Shown one piece after another: positions 49,887 to 60,900 of a stretch of 64,000 bases of DNA (position 1 is the first letter of the stretch; each line of letters opens with the position of its first letter). The DNA is taken from contig OY759316.1 in assembly GCA_963662275.1 (NCBI GenBank), positions 288,001 through 352,000 on the forward strand. The letters run 5' to 3'. The notes beneath the pieces were generated by a model. That model saw only the letters and a program-made list of their open reading frames with translations. It was not told the DNA's origin and made no database searches. Position numbers and translations under genes: made by a program. This DNA is from Candidatus Cloacimonadales bacterium. GTDB lineage: Bacteria > Cloacimonadota > Cloacimonadia > Cloacimonadales > DAONDQ01.

Positions 49887-52046
49887 CTACTTCACCAGCA
49901 CCATCTTCTTACTGATGTTCCTGCCATTGCTGCTGATCCTGGCAAAATAAACACCTGAAGCGATTGATTTTCCGTCCGTGTCCGTTCCGTTCCAGGATAT
50001 ATTGTGCAAGCCTGCTGAATAATTATCGTTTACCAGGCTTTTCACTTTCTGACCGCGGATATTATAGATATCCAGGGTCACGAGTCCGGCTTTCTGTAAT
50101 TCAAAACTGATGGTCGTGTTCGGATTGAAGGGATTGGGATAATTGGACAAGGTCAGTATTGAAGCGGGAGTAATTACTTGGTCATTAACAGGAACGATGG
50201 CATTTAAATCCAGAATGTTTAATCCGTTGACATTACTGGCAGCATAAAGTATGTTATTGTCCACCCAAAAGCCCTTACTCAGGCAATTCCATGAATACCT
50301 GCCTTGGAGCACCGGATTCGCATTATCTGCAACGTTGTAGATATCGATCTCATTCCAACTTTCATCAGAGAGAAAGAGCCTGTTACCCTCGAGATAAGAA
50401 GCTCTGATGATACTGGTCTCATGCGGTTTAACTGTTTGAATAAGTGTTGGATTTGCAGGATTCGTCACATCGATGACCTGCAAGCCTGATCTTGTATCCG
50501 TCACGTAGGCAGTATTGCCTCTGATATGAACTGTCCTGGCATAATCCGGCGTATCATAGGAACCCAGAAGACTGGGGCTTTGAGGATTAGAAACATCCAG
50601 GATCAGTAAACCGCTGCTGCCGTCAGCCACATAAGCAATACCATTAATGACTTGAATATCCCAGGCATTGCCTGTTGTGTTGTAAGAACCCAGCAGTACT
50701 GGGTTATAGGAGTCTGAAACATCCACAATTATAATACCTGCTTCACTTTTTGCGAGGTATGCGATGTTATTTTCAATAAATATTGAAAGGGTTTTATATC
50801 CCTGGGTAGTTGAACTCAATAATTGAGGGCTTGCGGGATTGCTCACATCTATGATTTGCATACCATAGTTATCTGAAGCTAAGTATAGTGTGCTTCCAAT
50901 AACACATGAAGTCCAGTTGCTGTTATAGTACTGGTTGATTTCACTATCCGGATTCAGTAGTTGAGGAATGTTTGGATTGGAAACATCGACTATATCCAGA
51001 CCGGCACCCCAAGTTGACAGATAGGCGATACTATTGGATACAGTCACTGAAAAGGAAGACATATTACTTGAATACTGCCCGAGCAGATATGGATTCTGAA
51101 TCTGCGAAAAATCGATGATCTGTACACCATTGAACAAATCGCAGAGATAGGCAGTATTTCCTTGAATTGCCAGGGATATTGCAAAATCAGGTGGTGCAAA
51201 TGAACCGAGCTGCTGTGGGCTCTGAGGATTAGAGATATCTATAATCTGCAATCCTCCAGCCATGCTGGCAAGATAAACAACCGTATCATTTACTTCGAAA
51301 GCATCTGCATATTGACCATATTGAATTCCAAGCAGGTTCAGATTCTGATTATCAGTGACATCGATGATTAAAAGCCCCTGGTTGGAATCAATAATGTAAG
51401 CTTTCCCATAGATAACTTTGATTGCATGGTAAGCAATGAATTCAGGATCTTCGTCATTCACAAATGAACTAACAGATTGAGGATTCGATGGATTGGAAAT
51501 GTTCCATATCAGTAGTCCGGCATCTCCATCTGCAACATAGGCAAGGTCATTTATAACGGCTATCCCGTATGCATTGCCGGCAGTGGCGAATGAACCCAAA
51601 TATTGAAGGCTAAGGGGATTGGAGACATCTATGATGACGACGCCGGATTCATCATCAGCAACATAGGCAATTCCTTCTGCAATCGTAACAGAATGAGCAG
51701 TCCCAGGCGTATCATAGGAACTCAAGAACTGCGGCTCCCGGGGATTTGATACATCAAGGAGCAGCAGACCGGATTCATTATCTGCTATATAGGCAATATT
51801 GTTGACCACAGTTGTTGAACTAATCCGATCTGGTGTAAGGTAGGAACTAAGTAGTTGCGTGTTTTCAGGATTGGAAACATCATAAATCATCAGACCCGAT
51901 GAATCTGTTGCCACAAAAGCTATGTTGTTTTCCAGTGTAATAGACCATATCGTATCGGAAACATGAACATCTCCAACCTTATGAATCGTGGCAAACAGAG
52001 GTAACACACACAAGATAGACAGGATAGATAACATGATTACTCTCAT
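49887..52046 (-). CDS. Secreted LVIVD-repeat protein with FlgD/T9SS-type C-terminal domain
   Basis: Same architecture as 6643..8760; NYPNPFNP...ASGVYF...KKMVLVK. Confidence 0.9.
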   Translation of the reverse strand: MRVIMLSILSILCVLPLFATIHKVGDVHVSDTIWSITLENNIAFVATDSSGLMIYDVSNPENTQLLSSYLTPDRISSTTVVNNIAYIADNESGLLLLDVSNPREPQFLSSYDTPGTAHSVTIAEGIAYVADDESGVVIIDVSNPLSLQYLGSFATAGNAYGIAVINDLAYVADGDAGLLIWNISNPSNPQSVSSFVNDEDPEFIAYHAIKVIYGKAYIIDSNQGLLIIDVTDNQNLNLLGIQYGQYADAFEVNDTVVYLASMAGGLQIIDISNPQSPQQLGSFAPPDFAISLAIQGNTAYLCDLFNGVQIIDFSQIQNPYLLGQYSSNMSSFSVTVSNSIAYLSTWGAGLDIVDVSNPNIPQLLNPDSEINQYYNSNWTSCVIGSTLYLASDNYGMQIIDVSNPASPQLLSSTTQGYKTLSIFIENNIAYLAKSEAGIIIVDVSDSYNPVLLGSYNTTGNAWDIQVINGIAYVADGSSGLLILDVSNPQSPSLLGSYDTPDYARTVHIRGNTAYVTDTRSGLQVIDVTNPANPTLIQTVKPHETSIIRASYLEGNRLFLSDESWNEIDIYNVADNANPVLQGRYSWNCLSKGFWVDNNILYAASNVNGLNILDLNAIVPVNDQVITPASILTLSNYPNPFNPNTTISFELQKAGLVTLDIYNIRGQKVKSLVNDNYSAGLHNISWNGTDTDGKSIASGVYFARISSNGRNISKKMVLVK

Positions 52047-52110
52047 AACTCCTCCTGGATATTTTATATTGTTCTTGCTTATGATCTGAATTAATTAACT
52101 TAAAATCTAA

Positions 52111-52400
52111 GAGTTTGGTGTTCAAATGAAAGATAAGATTTTGGAGTTCAAATTTCCATCGAATCTACTACGATTTCTCAAGTAATAGGAAATTCGGACT
52201 TCAAAATCGCCCTTTCATTCTCGGTAGCGAAAATCCTTTTCAGGGAAGTTCAAAACCGCCCTTATATCCTCGGCAGCGAAAACTCGTTTTATTATCTTAA
52301 AGCATAAACAATCACAACGCCTAAATCGGGGGTTGAAGTCCACATCGCCTTTTACACGATAATCGAAAGGGAGTATTCGAAGGCGATTTGAACTCCAACG
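52111..52400. mobile_element. Possible MITE-like non-coding element with inverted box pairs at both ends
   Basis: Boxes at 52115, 52141, 52194, 52243 (+) and 52333, 52388 (-); no transposase and no clear target duplication. Confidence 0.4.
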
Positions 52401-52508
52401 ATTGCTACCTTTCAGAGTGTAACCCATTTTCAGTTAGGTTCATACTTAAATGCAAACAATATTCCAAATATTCGGATATCGTATAAAGAATATCTGTTCT
52501 GCCAATAT

Positions 52509-54638
52509 TTATTTGATACCCAGTTGGTCGATAATAAACGCATACTGGTAGGCAATTTCTCTTGTAAAACCATACCTGCCAGAAGCACCGAGATGTCCTT
52601 CCATACTCATATGCAGAAGTTGAGTGTTGTTATCCGTTTTCAAGGCTCGAAGTTTAGCTGTCCATTTGAGACATTCCCAATAGTTGACCCGTGGATCATT
52701 CAAACCTTCGGCAATGAATAAAATAGGATATTTCTGACGTTTGACATTCTGGTAAGGGCAATAAGATAAAATGTAATCAGCATATGTCGGAACATTGGGA
52801 TTTCCCCATTCCTCATATTCAGGAACAACCCCATATAAGTTTGGGTCGAACATAGTATTTAAAACATCAACAAAGGGAACTTCTGCCACAGCGATTTTGA
52901 AGAGTTCAGATTTCATATTGATTACTGCTCCGATGAGAAGACCACCAGCGCTGCCACCATCAATGACCATCTTATTCCTATTTGTGTATAATCGGTCTTC
53001 CAGATATTTAGCACAAGTATTGAAATCTGTGAATGTATTCTTCTTGTTTAGCATACGTCCGGCATCATGCCATTTCTGTCCGAACTCTCCACCACCCCGC
53101 ACATGGGCATATGCATAAACAAATCCTCTATTTAATAAGGATAAGCGGTAAGATGAGAAATATGGGTCACTCGTATCACCATAAGAGCCATAAGCTTCCA
53201 GGTAACATGGGTTGTTGCCATTATTCGTAAATAAGTCTTTGCGATAAAGGATCGAGATTGGAATCTTACAACCATCTCTTGCTCTTGCATAGACTACAGT
53301 TGAAACATACTTTGCAGGCAGATAATCCTTACCTGCCTTGTCTTGTTTCAGCAAAGTGAATTCATGTGTTTTCATATGATAATCATAAACTGTGGAAGGA
53401 GTTGTAAAGGAAGAATAATAAAGACGCAGTATTTCGGTACTGAAGGTTGGTGCGTAACCAATCGAAATGGAATAGTTCTGCTCAGGGAAGGAAATATAAT
53501 GGTCTGAATGATCATCCAGGGATCGAATCAAAATGCGTTGCACACCATTTACTCTCTCATCAGCCACGAGATAATTCTGAAAAGTCTGTACACCTGAAAT
53601 CACGATAGAATCGGATGGTGTAAGTTCCACTACCAATGAATCCTGTTCCTGATGATTCCATTTCTTACTCAGAAGTTTATAGTTAATTGCGTTATTCTCA
53701 TTAGTTAAGACATAAACATCATCATTATGAAAATATAAGTAATATTGTGTATCTGCCATTCTTTTTTTGAAGAGGGTGAAGCTTTCTTCCGGATGATCAG
53801 CGGAGAGATAATAACATTCACTAGTCGTGTGGCTTGAGGTGACTAAAACCACCTGCTTATCATCTTCACTCCTGCTAATGCCAATATTGAAGGCTTTATC
53901 CGGTTCTGTGTAAAGCAATGGGTCTTGTGCTGTATCTCCTAACGAATGACGATAAACTTTATCAGTACTTTCATTTTCAATATTCAGGAGAGTATAAAAG
54001 AAAGTTCTATTGTCATTTGCCCAGGCAAGTCCATCAATGGGATAGATTGAATCAGCTAAATATCGCCCTGTTTCCAGATCTTTAATGAATAATTTGTAGG
54101 TTTCATTTCCCTTTAAATCTACAGAAAAGGCAAGATAACGTCTATTCGGACTATATTCGAAAGTTCCTATCTGGTAGAATTCATGTCCCAACGCAAGCTT
54201 ATTTACGTCGAGTATGATTTCCTCATGTGCATTCATACTGCCTTTTTTTCTACAGTAAAGAGGATATTGTTTCCCTTTTCTATCTCGAGAATAATAATAA
54301 TAACCGTCCTTGAGATAAGGAACAGTCCTGTCTTCCTGGACAATTCGCTTGTTCATTTCCCTGAATAATGTCTTCTGAAGAGGTTTAGTATGTTGCATAT
54401 AGGCATCTGTATAAGCATTTTCCTGTTCGATATAAGCAAGTACCTGCGGATTCTTTATATCCGGGTCCTTCATCCAATGATAATTATCGATGATTGTCTT
54501 ACCATTGATGATAGTTTTTTCGGGAATAATAGGAGCTACAGGTGGTTTGAGTGACTTCACCGGAACAGGTTTAGCAGTGAGATTGATGGTTAGTAATGAC
54601 AGCACCACGCTGATCATCATGAGCTTATATAATTGCAT
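52509..54638 (-). CDS. ptrB: Oligopeptidase B (S9A) with signal peptide
   Basis: D.Y.W.D, AHVRGGGE.G..W, GGSAGG, VPFVDV, EWGNP, NDPRV, GH. Confidence 0.92.
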   Translation of the reverse strand: MQLYKLMMISVVLSLLTINLTAKPVPVKSLKPPVAPIIPEKTIINGKTIIDNYHWMKDPDIKNPQVLAYIEQENAYTDAYMQHTKPLQKTLFREMNKRIVQEDRTVPYLKDGYYYYSRDRKGKQYPLYCRKKGSMNAHEEIILDVNKLALGHEFYQIGTFEYSPNRRYLAFSVDLKGNETYKLFIKDLETGRYLADSIYPIDGLAWANDNRTFFYTLLNIENESTDKVYRHSLGDTAQDPLLYTEPDKAFNIGISRSEDDKQVVLVTSSHTTSECYYLSADHPEESFTLFKKRMADTQYYLYFHNDDVYVLTNENNAINYKLLSKKWNHQEQDSLVVELTPSDSIVISGVQTFQNYLVADERVNGVQRILIRSLDDHSDHYISFPEQNYSISIGYAPTFSTEILRLYYSSFTTPSTVYDYHMKTHEFTLLKQDKAGKDYLPAKYVSTVVYARARDGCKIPISILYRKDLFTNNGNNPCYLEAYGSYGDTSDPYFSSYRLSLLNRGFVYAYAHVRGGGEFGQKWHDAGRMLNKKNTFTDFNTCAKYLEDRLYTNRNKMVIDGGSAGGLLIGAVINMKSELFKIAVAEVPFVDVLNTMFDPNLYGVVPEYEEWGNPNVPTYADYILSYCPYQNVKRQKYPILFIAEGLNDPRVNYWECLKWTAKLRALKTDNNTQLLHMSMEGHLGASGRYGFTREIAYQYAFIIDQLGIK

Positions 54639-54650
54639 TTGGTTTTCTTC

Positions 54651-57600
54651 CTAATAGGTGAATAAGTCTTTTAATTGGTTTGTATCCATAGTTTTCAGTA
54701 GAGTTTGGCTTTCTTCAATAATCGCTTCAAAAAGCTCTCTCTTATTTTGTTGTAAAATCTGTATCTTCTCTTCCACGGAACCACGTGTAATGAGTTTGTA
54801 TACTTGGACTTTTTTAGATTGTCCTATGCGGTGTGCACGGTCTATTGCCTGGTTCTCGGTTTGTGGATTCCACCAAGGGTCAACAAGAATAACAGTATCT
54901 GCTGCCGTTAGATTTAAACCGAATCCACCTGCTTTGAGGCTTATCAGGAAAACTCTGACATTGTTGTTATTATTGAAATTCTCCACGTGATGTTGTCTAT
55001 TCTTTGTATCGCCGTCAAGATATTCAAAATTGATCTTACTCTTCACGAACAGCTCACGAATAATCTTCAACATCGTTACAAACTGGCTGAAGATCAGGAT
55101 TTTTTTACCGCTTCCAAGCGCATCTTCCACTAATTCCATGAGAAGTTCTGTCTTTCCCGATAACTCAGAATCATGCTTGAGATTTGGTTCAACCAGGGCA
55201 GGATGATCGGTAATTTGGCGTAATCGTGTCAAAGCAGTCAGGATATGGATGTAATTCAATGGTGGAGAAGGTATTTCTGTGGTTACAGAAGGTACTGTGA
55301 AAAGACTGCGCCGCACTTCATCCAGTATTTGCAGATACATCTTTTCCTGGAGAATAGACATCTTTGCATAAACGATCTGTTCTTGTTTATCGGGTAATTC
55401 TAATAAAACTTCTTTTTTCTTTCTTCTGAGAATAAATGGAGAGACCATCATGCTGAGTTGTTCCCGAGCCTTGGCTTTATTGACGACCGGATCAGCATAT
55501 TCTGTTTTGAATTTCTTGAGTGAGGGCAAGTATCCAGGCATTAGGAAGTCGAATATTGACCAGAGTTCTGTTAGATCATTTTCCATAGGCGTACCTGAAA
55601 GAGCGAGCTTATGATCTGCTTTCAATTTTTTTATGGCACGTGTACGCAAAGTGGAAACATTCTTTATATGCTGTACTTCATCGAGGATGATATAACCGAA
55701 TTGTATCTTTTCCAGATCCTTCAGATCATTCTGGATAATGGAATAGGAAGCTATCAGGACATCCACATTCTGGTTTTTAAGAAGTTCCTCCCGCTCGGAC
55801 TTACTACCTTCATAGATGAGGTAATGAATACTGCGATTGAATTTCTCAATTTCCAAAGCCCAATTGAAAAGTAAAGTTTTCGGGCAGATGACCAGGGATA
55901 TCTTCTTTCCCTGTAAACCTGAAAGGATTGATATTGCCTGGATCGTTTTTCCAAGACCCATTTCATCTGCCAGGATTCCTCCTAAACGATAGTGCTCGAG
56001 CATTTTCATCCATAGGAAGCCTGCTTTCTGATAACTGCGCATAATGGGCTGAAGGAACAATGGCACTCGATCCGGTTGTTCAGTTTTACGGTTTAAAATC
56101 GAGTTATACATCTCATCGAAATATGTATCGCCTAATACTTTAATAGCAGGATTGGATTCATTTAGATGATATAGGAAAGGAACATAATAACTATGCAGAC
56201 GATATACTTTTTCCTTAGCTAGTTCACTGCGGGAAAGGATGTTTTCCAATTGGTCGAAATTCTCTCTATTTGAGAAATAAACGATTCTTCCATCTTTTAG
56301 CTTAAGGAATTTCTGTTTGCTTTTAAAGAATTTTTTCAATTCTTCATGCGTAAAGCTGAAATCCTTATATTCATAGGTCACATCGTACGTGAACCAATCT
56401 ATATCTTCTTCCTGCTGTGCCTTGATCTTTGCCTGCAATGGCACTCTGTAGATGAATTCACGACGTAGGTCTTCCGATATTTCAATATCCCAGTTCTCTT
56501 CTGTCAGTTCAAAGATGGCTTTTTTTAAAGCTTCAATATTCTGTTCACCACTGAAAACCAATGCAGATTCCGTTTCTAATCTATGGTACTGTGCTTCAGG
56601 TAGTTGATCCAGGAAGCGTTTCACTTCAAATGGAACTTCCGGTGGAATATAAAACCAGGCATAACGTTCACCAATCTCATAACGGACTAGTTCAGATCCA
56701 TATCGTATGACTGATAATGGAATAGCAGTACTCTCGGGATAAGATAGATCACCATCCATCAGGATATCTTCACCTTCCTTGCGAAGCCTGAAACAGATGC
56801 GTGGTGGTTCATCATAGATTTCAGGAAGGTCGATCTGTTCATCAAAATCCAGGTAACAATGCTGTAAGGCAAGTTGCCTGGAGACAATGGCATAGTAATA
56901 GACAAGGTCTTTTCGCTTGAGTGGATAACCTTGAAGGAATATCTGTTCTGTAACTTCTACTTCAAAAGGCAGATCGACAGAAAATACTTCATTACGAATG
57001 AGCAAATAGGTTGCCTGATGAACGTAATAAGCGGATATTTCTTTATCAATGACCGGCTTTAACAGATAATTATAAGGATCGATCTGCTCAATGCGGAAAT
57101 TAAGGTTTAGGTTTTCTTCACTAAATAAGAGCTTATCCCCTGTTTCCTTGATATAAATCTTAGGTTGCAGACTTGCTAAATGAGGGAAGAATTTTACAAA
57201 ATCATGTTTATAGATCGTGAAGAACTGTCCTTTTCGACTGAAAGAGCATTTGTATTCAAAGAGCAATTTTAGCAGAGCCAGTTCATGATCACTGAAAGCC
57301 AGCATTTGTTCCCGTGCTTGACCAAGCTGGTTGCGATCCTCATCCTTCAATTCCTTATCCGCTATAATGATTGAAATCAGACGAATATCAATTCGGTTAT
57401 ATCCTTCGAAGAAAAAGCGTATTTTATTGGATTCCTGATCATAGATATCAGCAATAAGTATTCTGCTGCTTAGTAGAATCCGCTGCCAGAATTCATTATA
57501 TTTCAGGATTCTTCCCCGATATACCTGTACTGTCTTTTCCTCGAATATTTCCGTTCCGAGATGATTATAAGCAAAATCGATGATAGTTAAATAATGGGCA

Positions 57601-57854
57601 CATGCATCTTCATGAGGATGCAGGGAACAGGAGTGCTCAAGAATGTTTTCATGATTTGGATCATAGAGTATCTTAATTTGAGCTTGATTAAACAGCTTTT
57701 CTGTTGGTGTAACTTGAAAATTGAAAAGATAATTTCCATTTTCATCAAGACTCTTGCGAAATTCAATAAGTGATAGATCTAAAGGAATTACAGTTTTCTT
57801 AAAATACCATGTATTCGAATGTTCATGATATTCTTTTCTGAATAGTCTAGCCAT
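54651..57854 (-). CDS. SNF2-family helicase with SWIM-like N-terminus
   Basis: C...CAH near the N-terminus; ADEMGLGKT, DEVQ, SGTPMEN, SLKAGGFGLNL, QAIDRAHRIGQ. Confidence 0.93.
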   Translation of the reverse strand: MARLFRKEYHEHSNTWYFKKTVIPLDLSLIEFRKSLDENGNYLFNFQVTPTEKLFNQAQIKILYDPNHENILEHSCSLHPHEDACAHYLTIIDFAYNHLGTEIFEEKTVQVYRGRILKYNEFWQRILLSSRILIADIYDQESNKIRFFFEGYNRIDIRLISIIIADKELKDEDRNQLGQAREQMLAFSDHELALLKLLFEYKCSFSRKGQFFTIYKHDFVKFFPHLASLQPKIYIKETGDKLLFSEENLNLNFRIEQIDPYNYLLKPVIDKEISAYYVHQATYLLIRNEVFSVDLPFEVEVTEQIFLQGYPLKRKDLVYYYAIVSRQLALQHCYLDFDEQIDLPEIYDEPPRICFRLRKEGEDILMDGDLSYPESTAIPLSVIRYGSELVRYEIGERYAWFYIPPEVPFEVKRFLDQLPEAQYHRLETESALVFSGEQNIEALKKAIFELTEENWDIEISEDLRREFIYRVPLQAKIKAQQEEDIDWFTYDVTYEYKDFSFTHEELKKFFKSKQKFLKLKDGRIVYFSNRENFDQLENILSRSELAKEKVYRLHSYYVPFLYHLNESNPAIKVLGDTYFDEMYNSILNRKTEQPDRVPLFLQPIMRSYQKAGFLWMKMLEHYRLGGILADEMGLGKTIQAISILSGLQGKKISLVICPKTLLFNWALEIEKFNRSIHYLIYEGSKSEREELLKNQNVDVLIASYSIIQNDLKDLEKIQFGYIILDEVQHIKNVSTLRTRAIKKLKADHKLALSGTPMENDLTELWSIFDFLMPGYLPSLKKFKTEYADPVVNKAKAREQLSMMVSPFILRRKKKEVLLELPDKQEQIVYAKMSILQEKMYLQILDEVRRSLFTVPSVTTEIPSPPLNYIHILTALTRLRQITDHPALVEPNLKHDSELSGKTELLMELVEDALGSGKKILIFSQFVTMLKIIRELFVKSKINFEYLDGDTKNRQHHVENFNNNNNVRVFLISLKAGGFGLNLTAADTVILVDPWWNPQTENQAIDRAHRIGQSKKVQVYKLITRGSVEEKIQILQQNKRELFEAIIEESQTLLKTMDTNQLKDLFTY

Positions 57855-57950
57855 ATCCGTCCTTAGATAATTACATTAAAAAGAAATAAATCGGTTAAGA
57901 TATGTGAGAGTTTGTTATTTTGTAAATCTTTTTATTAAATATTATTTCCA

Positions 57951-57988
57951 GGAAGGAGCTGAGAGCTGGCAGCTAACAGCTCCCTTCC
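57951..57988. terminator. Hairpin built from AGCT-type heptamers just 3' of the giant gene
   Basis: GGAAGGAGCTG...CAGCTCCCTTCC. Confidence 0.5.
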
Positions 57989-57993
57989 AGAGT

Positions 57994-60900
57994 TCAATGC
58001 TGTTTTCTTGCAGATATATCATGCTTGATTTGTAATGGATTTTGTGCTTTCAGAGCATGAGCGTTGTTCCTGCCTGATTTGGTATTATTGACGGCAATGA
58101 TCTTATAGAAGTTCTTAAAAATACTTGAAGTATCCAAGTATGAATTCGTCGATACCGTTGTTACATAAGTCCAGAGACTATCAGATGCATACGGATCCGC
58201 TGATTTATAGACATTGTATCCTGTGGCATCGGAAGCTGGATTCCAATCCAGTTGAACACCTGTTGGAACCACGGTCAGGAAAATACTGTCAGGTACGGAG
58301 GGAATGATCGGTGGTGCTAATCCAGGCAGACCTACATCATCCAAAGATAAAAAGTATGCATCCACTGATGAGCAATGGAACGCGAAAGATGCAGTCTGAC
58401 CAGTGTATGGTGATAAATCTACTGAATAACCGGTATAGAGAACCGAATCAATGGTGAGATTTAACAACGGAGTCGCAGTGAAATCGACAGGTGTCTGACC
58501 TGTGGTTGACATGATAACTTGCATGGCTTCAGGATAATCGGCATCCATGCATTTTGCGTAGAATGACAAGATGTCACCATCTTGGATGTCATACCTTGGA
58601 GAAATCAACCAATCATTACAACCTGCAGAGTTCCAATACACACCTGCTGAATTGGTTCCAGAATGCGCTTCACCTGTGTAAATATCCCACGTAAAATCAT
58701 CTGTATCCAAATTATATACAGACCAGCCGGCAGGAACTGCTTCCCAGGTTACAGCATTGATACCTGCATTAGAAACAACCTCTATAGTAAAATCTCCTCC
58801 ATTAGAGGTGACTGATACTAATCCTGTAAATAGACCTTGCTCAATAGGTGTGTATGTAATCTCAATATCAATACTCCCGTTAGCACCTAGTGTTGTGAAA
58901 GTGGCTGGTCCTGAGAGCCCTTCAGAATAAGTAATCGTTCCAGTAGTATATGCTAAATCTGGAATATCTTGGATATTAAAGAAACCTGAAGAGCTGCCTC
59001 CAAGGGGTGTCACAGGCAGTATCATTTGGAATTTTGCAGGTTGAGGTACTCCATTAATCTGAATATCATCAAGACCTACACCAAAGGCACTATAGGATGC
59101 ATCAGTAACGTAGCGCCAACGGATTTGAATGATTCCACTATAAGATTCCAAACCCACAAACTCCTGATGATAAGCAGTTTCAACTGAAGCTGCTGACAGA
59201 GAAGTTAATACTGTCCATGTAGTCCCACCATCTGTTGTGATTTCAACATAAGTAGTATCATGCGCTACAATCTTGCCAGTAGCCATATCATTGTTCTTCC
59301 ACCACCAGCTCATATAGTTTAAATCTCCATTAATTTGAGGTGTTGTCAGAGTCTTAGTACCGGCAGGTGTATACGTAGCTCTTGCACCGTAAGTGCCTTC
59401 ATGTGAACCTGTAGTTCTTGACCATTGATCTGCAACCCAGCCTGCTGGGGGGAATATGGAATCTTCAAATCCCTCAAAATATGGGAAGTCAGTGATTGTA
59501 GGATCATCCATTGTCGTGAACTGCCAAACTGAACAACTATCTGCATTACCGCCAGGATTGTAAGGAATAATCTGCCAGTAGTAATGAGTACTATACGCAA
59601 GGTCACCTATTTCAGGCGTATATGTTGTGACATTGCCCAGGTTTTGTTCAAACAGTAGGTTGGTTGGTGGATTGTTTGTACCCAAGGATATCTTATATCC
59701 TGATGGGGGACCATAGATAAGGTTAGGATGCCAGGCACAAGTAGGCATAAGACTAACATTTGTTGCTAGATCAAGCGGTGAATCAACGAATGCGGAGGGT
59801 GGTGGTGGTGGTGGTGGTGCCTCAACAACGTTGATCGTGTAATCTTCCGTTTCTCCCCAGCTATAAGTTCCGACTGGTAATGTGTTTAGTTCCGTACCAC
59901 TTTCTTTCAGCACAACACGCAGACGTGTATCACCCAAAAGAACATCCCACGGAATTGAGATAAAACCGTTTACTTGCATATGTGTTGAAGAGGTTTGACC
60001 GGATAAAACCTGTTCATCAGGTAGATCGAAGGTTCCATTCTGGTTGAAGTCGATAAAGACTTTTCCCCAGCATGGGTAAAAATTATCTTCACTAATCTGA
60101 TGAATTTGGGTAGGATAACTATGACCCTGCTGTACATGGATTGTAATCGCTGTGTAATCCGTGTATGTATTTTCGGATGCAGCATTAGGTATAGAATCAG
60201 GATGTACTGCCGGATTGGTGACATCAGCCATAAGGAACTGCCCGATATCATCATCGTATATACTCGTCGCATAGGATTCACTATAAACCCAGCCCGTGCC
60301 TGTGGTAAATCTCCAAGTTGAACTGCCTACGGCATCACCATAGGTATTCTTTGCCACAACTTTCCAGAGATACATCGTATTAGCAGTCATCGTTGGAGGT
60401 GTCCAGGTCAGAGGAGTGGTCACGTTGGCATTGGCTGTGCCCGGTAAGGTTTGACCGAAGTACACATCATAAGAGGTTGCTGTCGCAACAGCACCCCAGG
60501 TTACCGAGGCATTTCTGCCAACATTGGCTGCACTATCTGCTGGTGTATGTACAGTAACAACACCGGGAACACCAACTGTGTAGAAACTCCAGACAGGGCA
60601 ACCGGTAGCATGACCGACCAAGTTGTAAGGAACAACTTTCCAGTAGTAATGTCCGTTCAGTGCAAGTCCTGCGGGCATATATTTGTTCACAAGACCGACA
60701 TCAACACTATCCACCATATTTGTAGGAGGATTATTGGTTCCTAAATAGATCAGGTAACCGGTTGGATCAGGACCCGAAGAATCTTTGATCCAGCTAAGGC
60801 TATCTGTAAGAGCAATCGAAGTTGCCCCATTCGTAGGATGAGTTACATAAGCAGGCAGTGGAGCTGTAGGAATCTTTTCGACTCTCACATCATCCACGTA

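Noticed and set aside
6643..52046. Diversity-generating retroelement acting on the paralogous surface proteins
   Set aside because: No reverse transcriptase and no near-identical TR/VR pair with adenine-specific mismatches was seen.
59798..59818. Phase-variable simple repeat
   Set aside because: In-frame trinucleotide encoding a proline linker; slippage would not shift the frame.
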